Virus record (IMG/VR): IMGVR_UViG_3300033121_001334
Coordinates: 10,564-74,563 of that record
DNA length: 64,000 nucleotides
Direction: 5' to 3' (one strand)
Source: a virus
Taxonomy: Duplodnaviria; Caudoviricetes
The notes beneath the pieces are model-generated. The model worked only from the letters and a program-made list of their open reading frames with translations, ran no database searches and was not told where the DNA came from. The position numbers were made by a program, and so were the translations under genes. Position 1 is the first letter of the stretch. Every line of letters starts with the position of its first letter. This document shows, one piece after another, positions 45,073-55,824 of this stretch.

Positions 45073-45410
45073 TCGTCGTCAGAAACGGCTTCAGTTTCAA
45101 ATCTCCACCAGAAGTCGCCATGTCCGCCATTCTTGCGAGTCCAGGTTCCTTTTAGGATCTCTCCTTTATCGTCTATGACGCAGCCTATTGGTGCCTTGAT
45201 TTTCTCTTTTTCAATCAAGATTTTCGCCATGTTTTCTTGTTGTTCTTTTGAGCCATATTTACAACATCTGCGACACCCGCCAGAAAGAACCGGATGAGCG
45301 CAAGTGCAAGTCAAAGAGCAAGGATTGCCAAACTCGCAAGGGCAGGTTTTTCTAGGCGTACTTTTCCCATTCGCCTCTGAAGACGGCTTTGAGCTTTTCG
45401 AGGTAGTCAT
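45069..45410 (-). CDS. Small Cys-rich hypothetical protein
   Basis: Cluster of Cys residues. Confidence 0.45.
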   Translation of the reverse strand: MTTSKSSKPSSEANGKSTPRKTCPCEFGNPCSLTCTCAHPVLSGGCRRCCKYGSKEQQENMAKILIEKEKIKAPIGCVIDDKGEILKGTWTRKNGGHGDFWWRFETEAVSDDD

Positions 45411-45969
45411 TTGATTTGACCTTTCTCATCCAAAGATCATGCCCTGAGCCGCCTTTAGCAATAACGCCTTCCCAAACAGGAAGAGTTCGGGTACGAACGG
45501 CCTCAATCAGTTCTTGATTAAAATTTCCTTCGTAAACGACTTGAGCGGACTTGAGATGACCGAAGTGCTTGACGAAATCTCTAGGCCCCAAGATACCCTT
45601 CTTGTGGAAGTTGATATCGAACAAGACAAGTTCTTTAGGATCGTTGTCTGGTTCCAAGTCATGAATACCAGCAAACGATTTTGGCCCAAAGAACTCGCAA
45701 TAGGCGGTTACTCGCTCATTATTGCGATACTCTTTTGTGTCTTGAATGACTTTCTCAACACCTTCGGCTTGGGTGTCAAGGAAGAGCTTTATAGCTGGTC
45801 CGAAAACAGGATCTGTATGATCAAACAGCCTTGTTCTAGTTCCGAACTTATTCCATCCCTTTTTGGGAGTCCATTCAAAGCGCAGGTTACTACCGTCATA
45901 CTTATAGAAAGCAATGCAAGGCTTTCCAAAGTCGCCAAGAGGCCCCTCAATAGACGGATATTCTTTCAT
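45352..45969 (-). CDS. ATP-dependent RNA ligase-like (Rnl2-type) nucleotidyltransferase domain
   Basis: KYDGSN (motif I), CEFFG (III), LFDI (IIIa), EGVI (IV), KVK (V). Confidence 0.75.
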   Translation of the reverse strand: MKEYPSIEGPLGDFGKPCIAFYKYDGSNLRFEWTPKKGWNKFGTRTRLFDHTDPVFGPAIKLFLDTQAEGVEKVIQDTKEYRNNERVTAYCEFFGPKSFAGIHDLEPDNDPKELVLFDINFHKKGILGPRDFVKHFGHLKSAQVVYEGNFNQELIEAVRTRTLPVWEGVIAKGGSGHDLWMRKVKSNDYLEKLKAVFRGEWEKYA

Positions 45970-46516
45970 TTGTTCTCAACAACAATCAATTCATGAAGCT
46001 CGTAACAGCTTTTTACGCCGTCACTATGCTGTACGTCAAAGCATAGGCCATGAGAATCATGATGTCCAATGACAACGCCATTAGCTTCATGCCGCCTGGT
46101 CTTCTTTGCTTCTTCTGACCAGTCTTCCGCTTCCATACCTCCATCAATAAAGGTCATCACCTTTGTTCCTGGAGCTATCGGAGGATAGACCGACGTTTGA
46201 ACCTGGTAAGTTCTCATTATATGCTCCAAAGGTAAGACCAGTTTGACTTATGACGTTCAATAATCTTTTTGTCAAACGCTTTTCTATCAAACTTGTTTTC
46301 TTTTATTGCCTGCAAGTCTTCAAGAGTTATTTCTTCAATGGTTTCATGATTTCCAACCTTAGGATTATGATGAGGAAAAGACCCGTAAAGCTTGTAGATG
46401 TATTTATTTGCGCTATACCAGGCATGGACTTCGTATCCATTTATACGGAATATTGTATATACAACACCGTTGCCTTGATTAAGTAGATCCTGTAGTTTTT
46501 TCGACTCGTCACTCAC
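45966..46516 (-). other. Two small hypothetical CDS (45966-46229, 46217-46516)
   Basis: Tandem ORFs; motif and GGAGG before 46516. Confidence 0.6.
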
Positions 46517-46546
46517 GCCCCCCTCCTTATCCCAAAAGTTTAGTTC

Positions 46547-47773
46547 TTAGGCGACTAGCTGCAACTGCTTTTGCTTCTGTTCCTTAAGGCTTGCGAAAAT
46601 TTCGGGCAAGGTCAGAATCTTCGGCTGTTCGACTTCCTCTGCTCTACCTCTTGAGGGAGCATAGCTCGGAGTGAAGACATTAGCGAGCTTCTTGAAACGG
46701 TCTTCGCTCTCCTGAATCAACAAGAGGCGCATGATGACGCTATCCGTAGGAGGGAAGTCTCCGGTAAGAACAACGCAAAGTTGCTCAATTTGCTTACCCT
46801 TCTCCCAAACAGCAACCTTCTGATGACCAGGGAAGATTTGATAAGTTCTTCCGCTATCACCCTTGAAGGTTATGAAACCTCGAACAGCAAACTTCTGGAA
46901 AGCCTGCTCTCCAATCAAGCGACGAAGGGTTTGACGAGCGCGAACCTCTCTGATATCCGTTGTTGGACGGAGTTCTTTGCTCTTGACAATAATGTTGGGA
47001 GCAATTCTAGAACGCAAGATTTCCTTCATGCGCTCAACAGGATCAATAACGTGCTGAGCAGGAGCGCCGCCATACCAGTAACGAAGATGATGAGCATATG
47101 CGACATCATGTTCATTATGTTCCCATTCAACGTAAGTTGTTGTTGCCGTATTTGTGTAGTTATGGAAATACGGGCGAAGATATGTAGTCGCAGACGTTGT
47201 TATGTCTGTGTCGTTGTTATATGCTGAATAAGCATTATAGGTTGCGGTCGTTGTTGTAGCAGAAGACGTTGTGTATCGAAGAGCGCGAATTGGAGATGCA
47301 GTCGCAGTTGTTGGATATCTTATGAGTCTTCTATAGATTTCTCTTCGATAACGATCAGTCCCCATGTTATGTTCAAGAGCGTTTGTTGTTGCGTCAACAA
47401 AGCCTCTTTCGTGGGGATTAGTTTCTTGACCAGTTGCAGGAACCGGAGCGACTTGAATCACTTCGTTCTTGAATATCTTAACATGGAGCTTAGCTCTCAT
47501 GTGTTCGCCAGTTTCAGGGAAATATGGCTCAACTCTTTCAACAACGCTGACAACGGTATTACCGTCGCCGTCAACTGTTGTGTAAGGGAGTTCATACTCG
47601 TCTTGCATGCAGTAAACATTATCATTCACTGCAACGTCAATAACCTTCTCCCTGGTTCCTTTCTGATATTGAGAGGGAAACTCAATGCGTTCAACAGGCT
47701 CGTTGCCTGTAACTTCATGAGCAGGGACTTCGGTTATTTCACCAATTTCAGGAAGAACGGCTGTCTCTGGCAT
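46547..47773 (-). CDS. Hypothetical protein with a Thr/Tyr-rich linker and a compact C-terminal domain
   Basis: RARQTLRRLIG...QLCVV...DSVIMRLLLIQESEDRFKKLAN. Confidence 0.75.
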   Translation of the reverse strand: MPETAVLPEIGEITEVPAHEVTGNEPVERIEFPSQYQKGTREKVIDVAVNDNVYCMQDEYELPYTTVDGDGNTVVSVVERVEPYFPETGEHMRAKLHVKIFKNEVIQVAPVPATGQETNPHERGFVDATTNALEHNMGTDRYRREIYRRLIRYPTTATASPIRALRYTTSSATTTTATYNAYSAYNNDTDITTSATTYLRPYFHNYTNTATTTYVEWEHNEHDVAYAHHLRYWYGGAPAQHVIDPVERMKEILRSRIAPNIIVKSKELRPTTDIREVRARQTLRRLIGEQAFQKFAVRGFITFKGDSGRTYQIFPGHQKVAVWEKGKQIEQLCVVLTGDFPPTDSVIMRLLLIQESEDRFKKLANVFTPSYAPSRGRAEEVEQPKILTLPEIFASLKEQKQKQLQLVA

Positions 47774-47774
47774 T

Positions 47775-48137
47775 TCAGCCTCCGGCGACTAGCTTGATAG
47801 GAAGAAACAAAACTTCTTCTGCGGTTGGATCAAATTTATCCATTGGAGCGCCTTGCTTACCATCTCCACCGACTCGATAAGCGCTAAGGCCCTCTTTGAT
47901 AAATTGATCAAACATTCGACCGGCTTCAGCAATATCTCCCATGCTCATTCTGTTCCAAACAAGGCGCTTATCGCCTTCTCTTTGGTCAAGAATACGGAAA
48001 ATGCCAAAGCCCTTATTACCTTCGATAAGAGCAAACTCTTTATCGTCAGGAGCCTGTAGGCCTGTTTCAAGCTTGCAGAGTGGACGAGCCTTTGAGAATG
48101 GAGAAAAATCAATAATAGTTGCTGCGGTCTGCGTCAT
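47775..48137 (-). CDS. Small protein ending in -VAGG (ubiquitin/ThiS-like C-terminus)
   Basis: ...FDPTAEEVLFLPIKLVAGG-stop. Confidence 0.65.
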   Translation of the reverse strand: MTQTAATIIDFSPFSKARPLCKLETGLQAPDDKEFALIEGNKGFGIFRILDQREGDKRLVWNRMSMGDIAEAGRMFDQFIKEGLSAYRVGGDGKQGAPMDKFDPTAEEVLFLPIKLVAGG

Positions 48138-48493
48138 ACTCTGTCTCCGAAAAATTCAACCCAATGACTGATATCTTTGCCAACTTGGTCTGGCTTTGTT
48201 ACAACAACAGCATCTCTTTCATTTGTTGAACCTGCTCTGTCTTTCATCTGAATAGTTCGAGCATTCCAAGTAAATGAGGACTTAGGAGCATATATCTCGT
48301 CAACAGGTTTACCGCTGTATCGACGGTCTTCAACGATTTTGCCGTCTTCAACCCGTCGTTGATGATCGTGTTTGCAATTAGGACAAATGATCTTATGAAC
48401 ACCGTTGAGTCCCATGTTCATTTTGATCATAAAGTATCCGCCGCATCCACCACCGGATTTAGTGCAGTAGAATTCTTGTACAACTCTCGACAT
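48134..48493 (-). CDS. Zn-ribbon protein
   Basis: CTKSGGGCG...CPNCKH. Confidence 0.7.
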   Translation of the reverse strand: MSRVVQEFYCTKSGGGCGGYFMIKMNMGLNGVHKIICPNCKHDHQRRVEDGKIVEDRRYSGKPVDEIYAPKSSFTWNARTIQMKDRAGSTNERDAVVVTKPDQVGKDISHWVEFFGDRV

Positions 48494-48515
48494 ATTCCTG
48501 TTTACCTCTATTGAA

Positions 48516-48547
48516 ACAACAAGACCGCCGCTAAGCGGTCTTGTTGT
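48516..48547. terminator. Bidirectional terminator-like hairpin
   Basis: ACAACAAGACCGC/GCGGTCTTGTTGT perfect inverted repeat. Confidence 0.75.
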
Positions 48548-48552
48548 GTTAT

Positions 48553-50882
48553 TTAGTCAACGCGCTCAGCAGAGAAGGAGTGAAGAGCCGTATTCTTGGC
48601 AAAAGTGTACCAAGTATTTTCTTCACCAACCAGAGAAGCATGCTCGTCATGACAAATTTCAAAGTTGCGAGCATAAATTCCGCTACGAGCAAAGATTACT
48701 TCGCCAGAAAAGAAATAATGGCGATTTGAGTCTTCGTCCTCAATCCCAAATGCAAGGCCAGAGATTTCACCATCTTTATTGTCTGCGAACATAAGGGTAT
48801 CAGGAGAGTAGCGGTCAGGAACCTGCTTCTGATTCTTGACAGGAATAGCGAACCATTCGCCCTGACGGAGAACGCCCTTTAGTCCGCGAGCAGAAGCGGG
48901 CATAAGCGAAACGTAGGCGCTTGGAATATCCTTCGGATTATCAGCAAGAACGCAACCAAAATAGGTTCCCTCGTCCTGCCCGAGAATGTAACTTTCCTTG
49001 CCGTTTCTCAAAAGAACGGTTGAAGACTTATGCCATTCAATCGGATTGCTGTCAATCAAAGAGAAACCAGCTTCGGGAGGAGTCTGGTTAGCTGCCCAAA
49101 TGTCAAATCTAAACTTGGACGACTTGCGAGCATTGCTGCAAGCGGTTCGCAAAGCTTTGCTTGCTTCTTTTCTCTGCTCAGGAGTGAAGTCAACAACCTT
49201 CAGCTTCGCCTTGCGAATAGTTTCGTTTGCCGCGCTCTCGTCAAGAACCTTCTTAGCAATAAGATTGCCAAGGCAGTTGAAGCTCAAAGTTGGATGTTCG
49301 TCAAACTGACCAGACGAAACAAACTCATGCTCGTTGTTTGCATTTTCGTCAGCGTTGATTAGGAGATGGCCGTCAACAAGAAGAGCGCCGATAGTGTCGA
49401 AGTGGGGAATAAAATCAGTATCGTCAATGAACCAGTCATTATCGCCAACAGAATCCTGGCTTTCATTGAAATAGTCACGAGCATTAACCGAAAGACAATG
49501 GAAAGGCAGTCCATATTCAGGACTGAATCTTGTTACGAATCTTGTTACTTCGCCAGTTTCGGGATTGATTGCAAGGAGAAAGCAGTCGTAACTGCAAACT
49601 CCATCAACGGCTCTTGTTTTCGAAGAATCACAAAGATCAACACAAACAAGATGAAGGCCTTCAAAAGTGACAGGGGACTTTCCTGTTTTGAGGTAATCAT
49701 CAACTCCTGGCATGGCGTCAATGATGTCGTCTTCGCTTGGGCGCTGAGCTTTTGGATTCTTCGCAACAGAGGTAATCTCATAAGGCTTGTTGAGAGTACC
49801 CTTAAAAGGAACGATAAATCGCTCCTTGAATTCGTTGATGCGGGTTTGAGAAACGGAAGATTTTTTGTTTAAAGTGGTTGTCATTTGAGATTCCTTGTAT
49901 CTAGAACTTATTTCGGAGCTACAGTAACGCTTATTGCGACTTTCTTTTCGATTACTGGTCTATTTGCATGAAGAGGGACGAATTTTTCGTCTTTCAACGT
50001 TTTATACTCAATCGCTTGTTCCCATTTTTCACGATTGGCATAAACTTCATAACTCCATGTTTCTTCTGTTGAGGCTGGATATCCATGACCGGGATTAGTT
50101 CTTGATCGCTCGTCCCCAGGGATATAGATAGTTCTTGAACAAAGAATGGCGAAGTGTTCACCAGTAGGAATGTCTTCTGGTTGAGAAGCAAACTTTTGAG
50201 GATATGCAAACCTGGGAGACATGGTTATTTTCCGCTAACAAAGGCGTCAATCTTTTCAAACGTGTCACCAAAAGAGAGCGGCTCCAGCGAGACGGAAACA
50301 TCAACTTTACCGCCTACAATAACCTTCTCAAAAAAGGCGGTAAGATAATTTCCTGCGCCATCATGCCCCGTTATAACCAAAGGAGTTGAGAACCCGCTTT
50401 CTTTGGCTTGCTTCCAGTTTTGGTAAAAATAGGCGACAGGACAAGCAAACTTTTTGCCATTTGCGTCGTCATGAAGATGGACTTCTCCTTTATTTTCATG
50501 AATGCGGAGTCTTGTGATTGGTGTTGAACCAATCTTAGGCGTTGCCGCTGGCGGGGGAGTCAAGATTTTTTCGTTCGTTCCACCCATTTTCTTCTCCTGG
50601 TTTTGGAAGCTGATCAAGAGTAGGTTTACCAGCATACTCCCAATCGCCATGAATTCTTTCACTAAAACCTTCGGTAAAGCAGCATTGAAACTCGCCATGC
50701 CAAGGTTGAGACTCATCGTATTGCAGATAATGACCGTTTTCAAGCTTTTTTGTGATTGTACGATATATGTACTCAACGTGCGTAAAGCTCTTGCCGTAAA
50801 AATCGACCCCTACTTCTTTTACAAGAGGGATTCTTACTCTAGCAGGTAATCCAAACTTGTCTGCTATTTGCTTAACGTTCAT
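48553..50882 (-). other. Hypothetical CDS (48553-49884, 49908-50222, 50225-50587, 50535-50882)
   Basis: Tandem ORFs; the 443-aa ORF has RQGEWF and HDEH motifs near its C-terminus. Confidence 0.65.
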
Positions 50883-52075
50883 CTATTGAAGCCAGGAAAT
50901 TTTCTTGGATAGATTGACGGTTCATGAAACTCGTTATTAACAATCCAATACGAGATTCCAACGTTGAGACCAATAGTGAATAGGAAGGTTAGAATTACCG
51001 CCCAAGTAGGCGGAGCGACATCTAGATAATCAAAATCCTTTTCAAACTCTTTTCGCTTCCAAAAAGTCGGGACAGCTTCTTCGATCCAGTCGAGAATGCT
51101 ATCAAGTTCAACTCGCTTACCAATTTGATCATTAACAATGTTTCTTCCCTGAACATTGATTTCGCTATTGTCGCACCAAGAGAACGCATGCCCCCAAGTA
51201 ACTTTGTAATCCTTATCAACGCCAACACAGATGACAAGTTCATTCATGTTACCGTTGATCCAGTAATTCTGTTGCGCATATCCAGCGTCTAGAGTTTGCT
51301 CTTTGAAGACGAGAAGCCAAACTCGAAGCTCTTTACTAGCCCCATAACGAGCATTGAAGACGGATAGCCGCCGTTCTGCTTGAGCAAAACCAGGAACATT
51401 ATCGCCCAAGACAGAAGGTATTACCCATTTATCAACAATAGAGGGGTAATCGTAAAGGCCTAATCTTTTGACATCTTCTTCTTTGACGGGTTGCAGCTTA
51501 AATACTGATCTTGAAACGGCAACTTTGTTTTCATAAGAATGAACGCTGCTAATAACCTCCATATCCTCGTTTCTGTTGTTGAACAGAACGTTGTATCTGT
51601 CGCCGTCTTTGTTATAAAAATTCCGGTTCAGTTCTTCAAAAGACTCATTACCCCAACGACGAACAAAGTCTTTGTATTCTGAAGAACTAATGCTGTAGCT
51701 TTCTCCGTTGCTACCGCATGCAGACCAGCTAGGAGGATGTTCATCAATACGAGATTTACGAACGGTTTTGTATTTCGTTCTTGAATGTCTTTTGCCGTCA
51801 GAACCCGTATATTTCTCGGTTCCGTCAGCAACTCTAACATTGTAATAGACTTTTTCATTCCATGCTTCTGTATAACTAGCTTTAGTAATCCAGCCAGTCC
51901 AGTATTCGTCCCTGCTTGCTTGAAAAAAGGACGTAGTAAAATGCATTAGCAGCGCAAAGACAAATGAGCCGCCAAATGGGATAAAAAACTCCCACCACTT
52001 GGTCTTATGCTGGAACTTGAACCACAAAACTATTGCAGTAATGAAGGGGACAAGCATTGCTAGGAAAATGAGCAT
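50879..52075 (-). CDS. Membrane protein with N- and C-terminal TM helices
   Basis: Two N-terminal TM segments, a large soluble domain and a C-terminal TM. Confidence 0.8.
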   Translation of the reverse strand: MLIFLAMLVPFITAIVLWFKFQHKTKWWEFFIPFGGSFVFALLMHFTTSFFQASRDEYWTGWITKASYTEAWNEKVYYNVRVADGTEKYTGSDGKRHSRTKYKTVRKSRIDEHPPSWSACGSNGESYSISSSEYKDFVRRWGNESFEELNRNFYNKDGDRYNVLFNNRNEDMEVISSVHSYENKVAVSRSVFKLQPVKEEDVKRLGLYDYPSIVDKWVIPSVLGDNVPGFAQAERRLSVFNARYGASKELRVWLLVFKEQTLDAGYAQQNYWINGNMNELVICVGVDKDYKVTWGHAFSWCDNSEINVQGRNIVNDQIGKRVELDSILDWIEEAVPTFWKRKEFEKDFDYLDVAPPTWAVILTFLFTIGLNVGISYWIVNNEFHEPSIYPRKFPGFNR

Positions 52076-52155
52076 ATTTCAATCCACTTTCTTTCAATCT
52101 AATCAACCCTTCCAAAACAACAGTCTCGCCGATTCCGCCGAGGCTGTTGTGAAGT

Positions 52156-52707
52156 TTACTTGTTCGGCTTAAACAAATCGGTATCGTCGTCCTTGCCAGT
52201 TTGGAATGCGTTGTCTGTTCTAGTTGAAGTCACAAGCTGAATTGCCAGTTCTTTTCGACCCAAAAAGCCAAGATACATAGAAGAAGGGAATCGGCGGAAG
52301 AGGCGGGTATGCTCCGCATGAATATCAATAAGAGTCTTCTGCTCTCGCTCAAAGTCTCGACGATTCGCCTCGATGCTTGTCATAAGCTGTTTAAAGAGGC
52401 TTGAATCGAAGTTTGGATTAGATTCCTTGACAAACTTGATCAGTTTGGCTTGTCCGTCAGGATTCCGAGCGTCCATGATATCCTTATAGATACCACGGAA
52501 GCTTTCCTGATACTTGTCAGTAACGCCAGCTTGCTGCTGAATCGTTTTCCAAACTCGGTCATAAACGACCTGATTGGCTTTCTGCGAAGCCTCAACGCTG
52601 GTTCTCAGGTCGGCCTCGTTATTGCCATAGCTAATAAGAGGGACCACCACCATGAAGATGGCGACAAAAGCGAGAACACCAAGAACGATCCATCCTTTGT
52701 ACTTCAT
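52156..52707 (-). CDS. LemA-like membrane-anchored coiled-coil protein
   Basis: N-terminal TM; NNEADLR...FPSSMYLGFLG. Confidence 0.6.
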   Translation of the reverse strand: MKYKGWIVLGVLAFVAIFMVVVPLISYGNNEADLRTSVEASQKANQVVYDRVWKTIQQQAGVTDKYQESFRGIYKDIMDARNPDGQAKLIKFVKESNPNFDSSLFKQLMTSIEANRRDFEREQKTLIDIHAEHTRLFRRFPSSMYLGFLGRKELAIQLVTSTRTDNAFQTGKDDDTDLFKPNK

Positions 52708-52718
52708 TTACTGCTTCC

Positions 52719-53318
52719 TTATCCAACAGGGGTTAGGAGTTTCGGACTGAAATGGAAGATTGAGTCTTCCCCGATCTGGACTTCCTTGTCTTCCTTTGCG
52801 CGAGTTTCGTCAAGGACTCGGTTGCCTTGACTGTCCTTGATTATAGGCGCAGTATAGGTTGTGGCAAGAGCCTTACCGTCTCTTGAGTAAGAAAGCATGA
52901 TCGAAAAGCCCTCAATAGACGAAGGCATTTCCCGAACGCTGCCATATTTCTCTAGATTCTTGCTATAGTCTTCAATTGTCTTTTCTTCTGTGTACCAACA
53001 CTCGCAGATCTGAACGACAGCGATAGGTTTGAATTCAGCGCATGCTCTTTGAATAAGAGAAGCGATAAGATTCTTGCTTGGCAATCTCTGGTATAGAAAA
53101 CTTGGAATGTCAACAATTTGATTATCTTTCAAAACGAGCTTAAAGAGCATTGGTAGTTCTTCCTTAGAAACTTTGAGATATGACTTCATGGTTTCAACTG
53201 AAGAACTAATAATGTTTTTGAAAAGCTCTGTATGTTTCTTTGTTGGGTCCAACATATTACACCCCGATTGTTTCAGGTTCAGTTTCTTCGACTTCCTGAG
53301 CAACAGGAGAAGCAGCAA
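52719..53318 (-). CDS. Hypothetical protein
   Basis: ORF downstream of gyrA; true start probably MLDPTKK. Confidence 0.65.
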   Translation of the reverse strand: MLLLLLLRKSKKLNLKQSGCNMLDPTKKHTELFKNIISSSVETMKSYLKVSKEELPMLFKLVLKDNQIVDIPSFLYQRLPSKNLIASLIQRACAEFKPIAVVQICECWYTEEKTIEDYSKNLEKYGSVREMPSSIEGFSIMLSYSRDGKALATTYTAPIIKDSQGNRVLDETRAKEDKEVQIGEDSIFHFSPKLLTPVG

Positions 53319-55821
53319 CAGCTTCGTCTCCGTCGCTAAGCTTCATGATTCGAACGCCATTAGTGCCTCTGTGAGTAATGCGGATTGAATCAGCGGGAAT
53401 GCGAATCATCTGTCCCTGTTTGGTAATAAACACAATGTCTTTACCGTTCTTGACAGGAATGACTCCAACGCTTTTTCCTGTCTTGGACTCGATATTCATA
53501 TCAATGCGACCCTTGCCGCCTCTGGATTGTTGATGAATCTTTCCTCCGTCAACGGGAGCCACAAGATACTCGTCTACGTCGGTTCTCTTACCAAACCCCT
53601 TATTGGTAAAAGTCATCATTGTAAGTCCGCTTTCGCTTGTTACAGTATGACCTTCGTTGTCAAACTTCATGGGTACAACGATCCCGCCAACAACATAATC
53701 GCTTGTTCCCAATTTCATACTTGTAACACCAAGCGAAGAGCGACCGCCAATGCGAACCTCAAGTTCGCTAAATCGAATAGACAGGCCTTCATGAGTAACA
53801 AGAAGCAGGTCGTCAATCCCCTTTGATGGAAGAACCGCAATTATCTTGTCGCCGTCCTTGACTTTCGTTGCAATGACTCCGCCGCGATTGATACTGGCGT
53901 ATTGCTTCAAAGCGGCTCTCTTCACAAGACCATTGCGGCTAATGAAGTTCAAGAAAACATGCTGCTTTCCCAGTCCCTTGATAGGAAGGTAAGCGCAGAT
54001 CTTTTCTCCGTCTTTTAGATTGATGAAATTAATGATCGGGCGGCCTCTGGCGGTTCTGCTGGCTTCGGGAAGCTCGTAGACCTTGATAGCGAACGCTCTA
54101 CCAGTGTCGGTAAAGCAAAGCAGGTCGTCGTGCGTGGAAGCAGAGAACATAGACTGCATATAAAGATCTTCTCCGGTGTTACCAGAGTTGACTCCAACGC
54201 CGCCGCGACCGCGCTGACGGTATTCCTTGAGAGGAACCCGCTTAATGCAATCGTCAGTCGTAATGCAAACAACAACGTCTTCGACCGGAATCAGGTCTGC
54301 ATGGCTAAGATTCGTAACTTCGCCAGAAATTTCCGTTCTACGCTCGTCGCCAAGTCGCTGAGCAAGTTCTTTCTGTTCCTGAACGATAATCTTCATGATT
54401 TCGTTCCGGTCGCCAAGAATCTTGCGAAGATACGCAACTCGATCTTCTTTCTTCTTCTTTTCGTCGTTCAGCGCGTTCTGCTCAAGCTTCGTCAGCTTGG
54501 CAAGCGTAATAGCAAGAACAGCCTTCGCTTGGCGCTCGGTTCGAACGATCTTAGCTTCGATAAGCTTTTGACCAGCAACTTCAGGATTCTCGCTTGCGCG
54601 AATAATCTTGATTGCCTCGTCAATTCGTGTCGCAACAGAAATCAAACCCTCAAGAACCTCAATACGATCAAGAGAGTCAGAAAGCTCGGCGTTGAACTTA
54701 TTCGTCAGAACCTTCTCTCTGTGATCAATGAAGGCCTTGATCAAGAGAGTGATAGGAGCCTGAGCGTGAAGCTTCCCGTCAACAAGAACAGTTGAGTTGA
54801 CGGAATAGGTTGCTCTGAGGCAGGTATGCGAGAGAATCTGATTGAGGATAACCTGCGTATTACCGTTACGGCCAATCTCAACAACAACTCTCGTTCCGAT
54901 CTTGTTGGAAGAGTAGTTGGCGATATCAGAAAGACCGCTAATCTTGCCTTTCTCAACAAGGTCTTTGACTTCTTCTCGGAACTTTTCAGGAGCGCCGCCC
55001 TCAGGGAACTTAGTGATAATGATCTTATCATTACCCTTGGAGTCTTCCTCAATCTCGTAAATTCCTTCAATCTTGAGGGAACCTCGACCAGTTTGGTAAT
55101 ACTCAAGAACGCCGTCCTGTCCAAGAAGCTTACCGCCAGTTGGGAAGTCAGGACCGGGCATGATCTTGAGAACGTCGAGAGGAGTCATATTGGGGTTAGC
55201 AATAAACGCCTCAAAAACGTTTGCCAATTCTCGAAGATTGTGGGACGGGATATTGGTTGCATAACCAACGGCAATACCAGAACAGCCGTTAGCAAGCAAG
55301 TTCGGAAGCATTGCGGGAAGAACCGTTGGCTCGGTTCTCGAATCGTCATAGTTGCTCTTGTAGGGAACAACTCGATCAGAAAGGTCTTCGAGCAACGCTG
55401 CGCCAGCATGGGAGAGCCTTGCTTCTGTATAACGGTCAGCAGCGGGCGGGTCACCGTCAACTGAGCCGAAGTTACCTTGCGACTCAATGAGGGTTGTTCG
55501 CATGGTCCAAGGCTGCGCCATACCAACAAGCGTTCCATAAAGAGCGAGATTGCCGTGAGGATGGTAGTTACCCATCGTTTCACCAACAATCTTGGCGCAC
55601 TTCATATGCTTCTTGCCAGGACTCAGACCAAGCTGGTCCATCGCAAAAAGAATACGCCGCTGCGAAGGCTTCAAGCCGTCGCGAGCGTCAGGGATCGCTC
55701 GGTCTTCGATGACCTTATACGCATAGCGAGTGAAAGATCCGTCAAGAACCTGAAAGAACTCTTCTTTCAGGACAATATCAGGAGCTTCCGGTTCAATAGG
55801 TTGATTCTTTTTCTTCGACAT
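53257..55821 (-). CDS. gyrA: DNA gyrase subunit A
   Basis: RAIPDARDGLKPSQRR, YHPHG, AADRYTE catalytic Tyr, GyrA-box-like QRGRGGVG and a pinwheel CTD. Confidence 0.96.
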   Translation of the reverse strand: MSKKKNQPIEPEAPDIVLKEEFFQVLDGSFTRYAYKVIEDRAIPDARDGLKPSQRRILFAMDQLGLSPGKKHMKCAKIVGETMGNYHPHGNLALYGTLVGMAQPWTMRTTLIESQGNFGSVDGDPPAADRYTEARLSHAGAALLEDLSDRVVPYKSNYDDSRTEPTVLPAMLPNLLANGCSGIAVGYATNIPSHNLRELANVFEAFIANPNMTPLDVLKIMPGPDFPTGGKLLGQDGVLEYYQTGRGSLKIEGIYEIEEDSKGNDKIIITKFPEGGAPEKFREEVKDLVEKGKISGLSDIANYSSNKIGTRVVVEIGRNGNTQVILNQILSHTCLRATYSVNSTVLVDGKLHAQAPITLLIKAFIDHREKVLTNKFNAELSDSLDRIEVLEGLISVATRIDEAIKIIRASENPEVAGQKLIEAKIVRTERQAKAVLAITLAKLTKLEQNALNDEKKKKEDRVAYLRKILGDRNEIMKIIVQEQKELAQRLGDERRTEISGEVTNLSHADLIPVEDVVVCITTDDCIKRVPLKEYRQRGRGGVGVNSGNTGEDLYMQSMFSASTHDDLLCFTDTGRAFAIKVYELPEASRTARGRPIINFINLKDGEKICAYLPIKGLGKQHVFLNFISRNGLVKRAALKQYASINRGGVIATKVKDGDKIIAVLPSKGIDDLLLVTHEGLSIRFSELEVRIGGRSSLGVTSMKLGTSDYVVGGIVVPMKFDNEGHTVTSESGLTMMTFTNKGFGKRTDVDEYLVAPVDGGKIHQQSRGGKGRIDMNIESKTGKSVGVIPVKNGKDIVFITKQGQMIRIPADSIRITHRGTNGVRIMKLSDGDEAVAASPVAQEVEETEPETIGV

Positions 55822-55824
55822 CTA

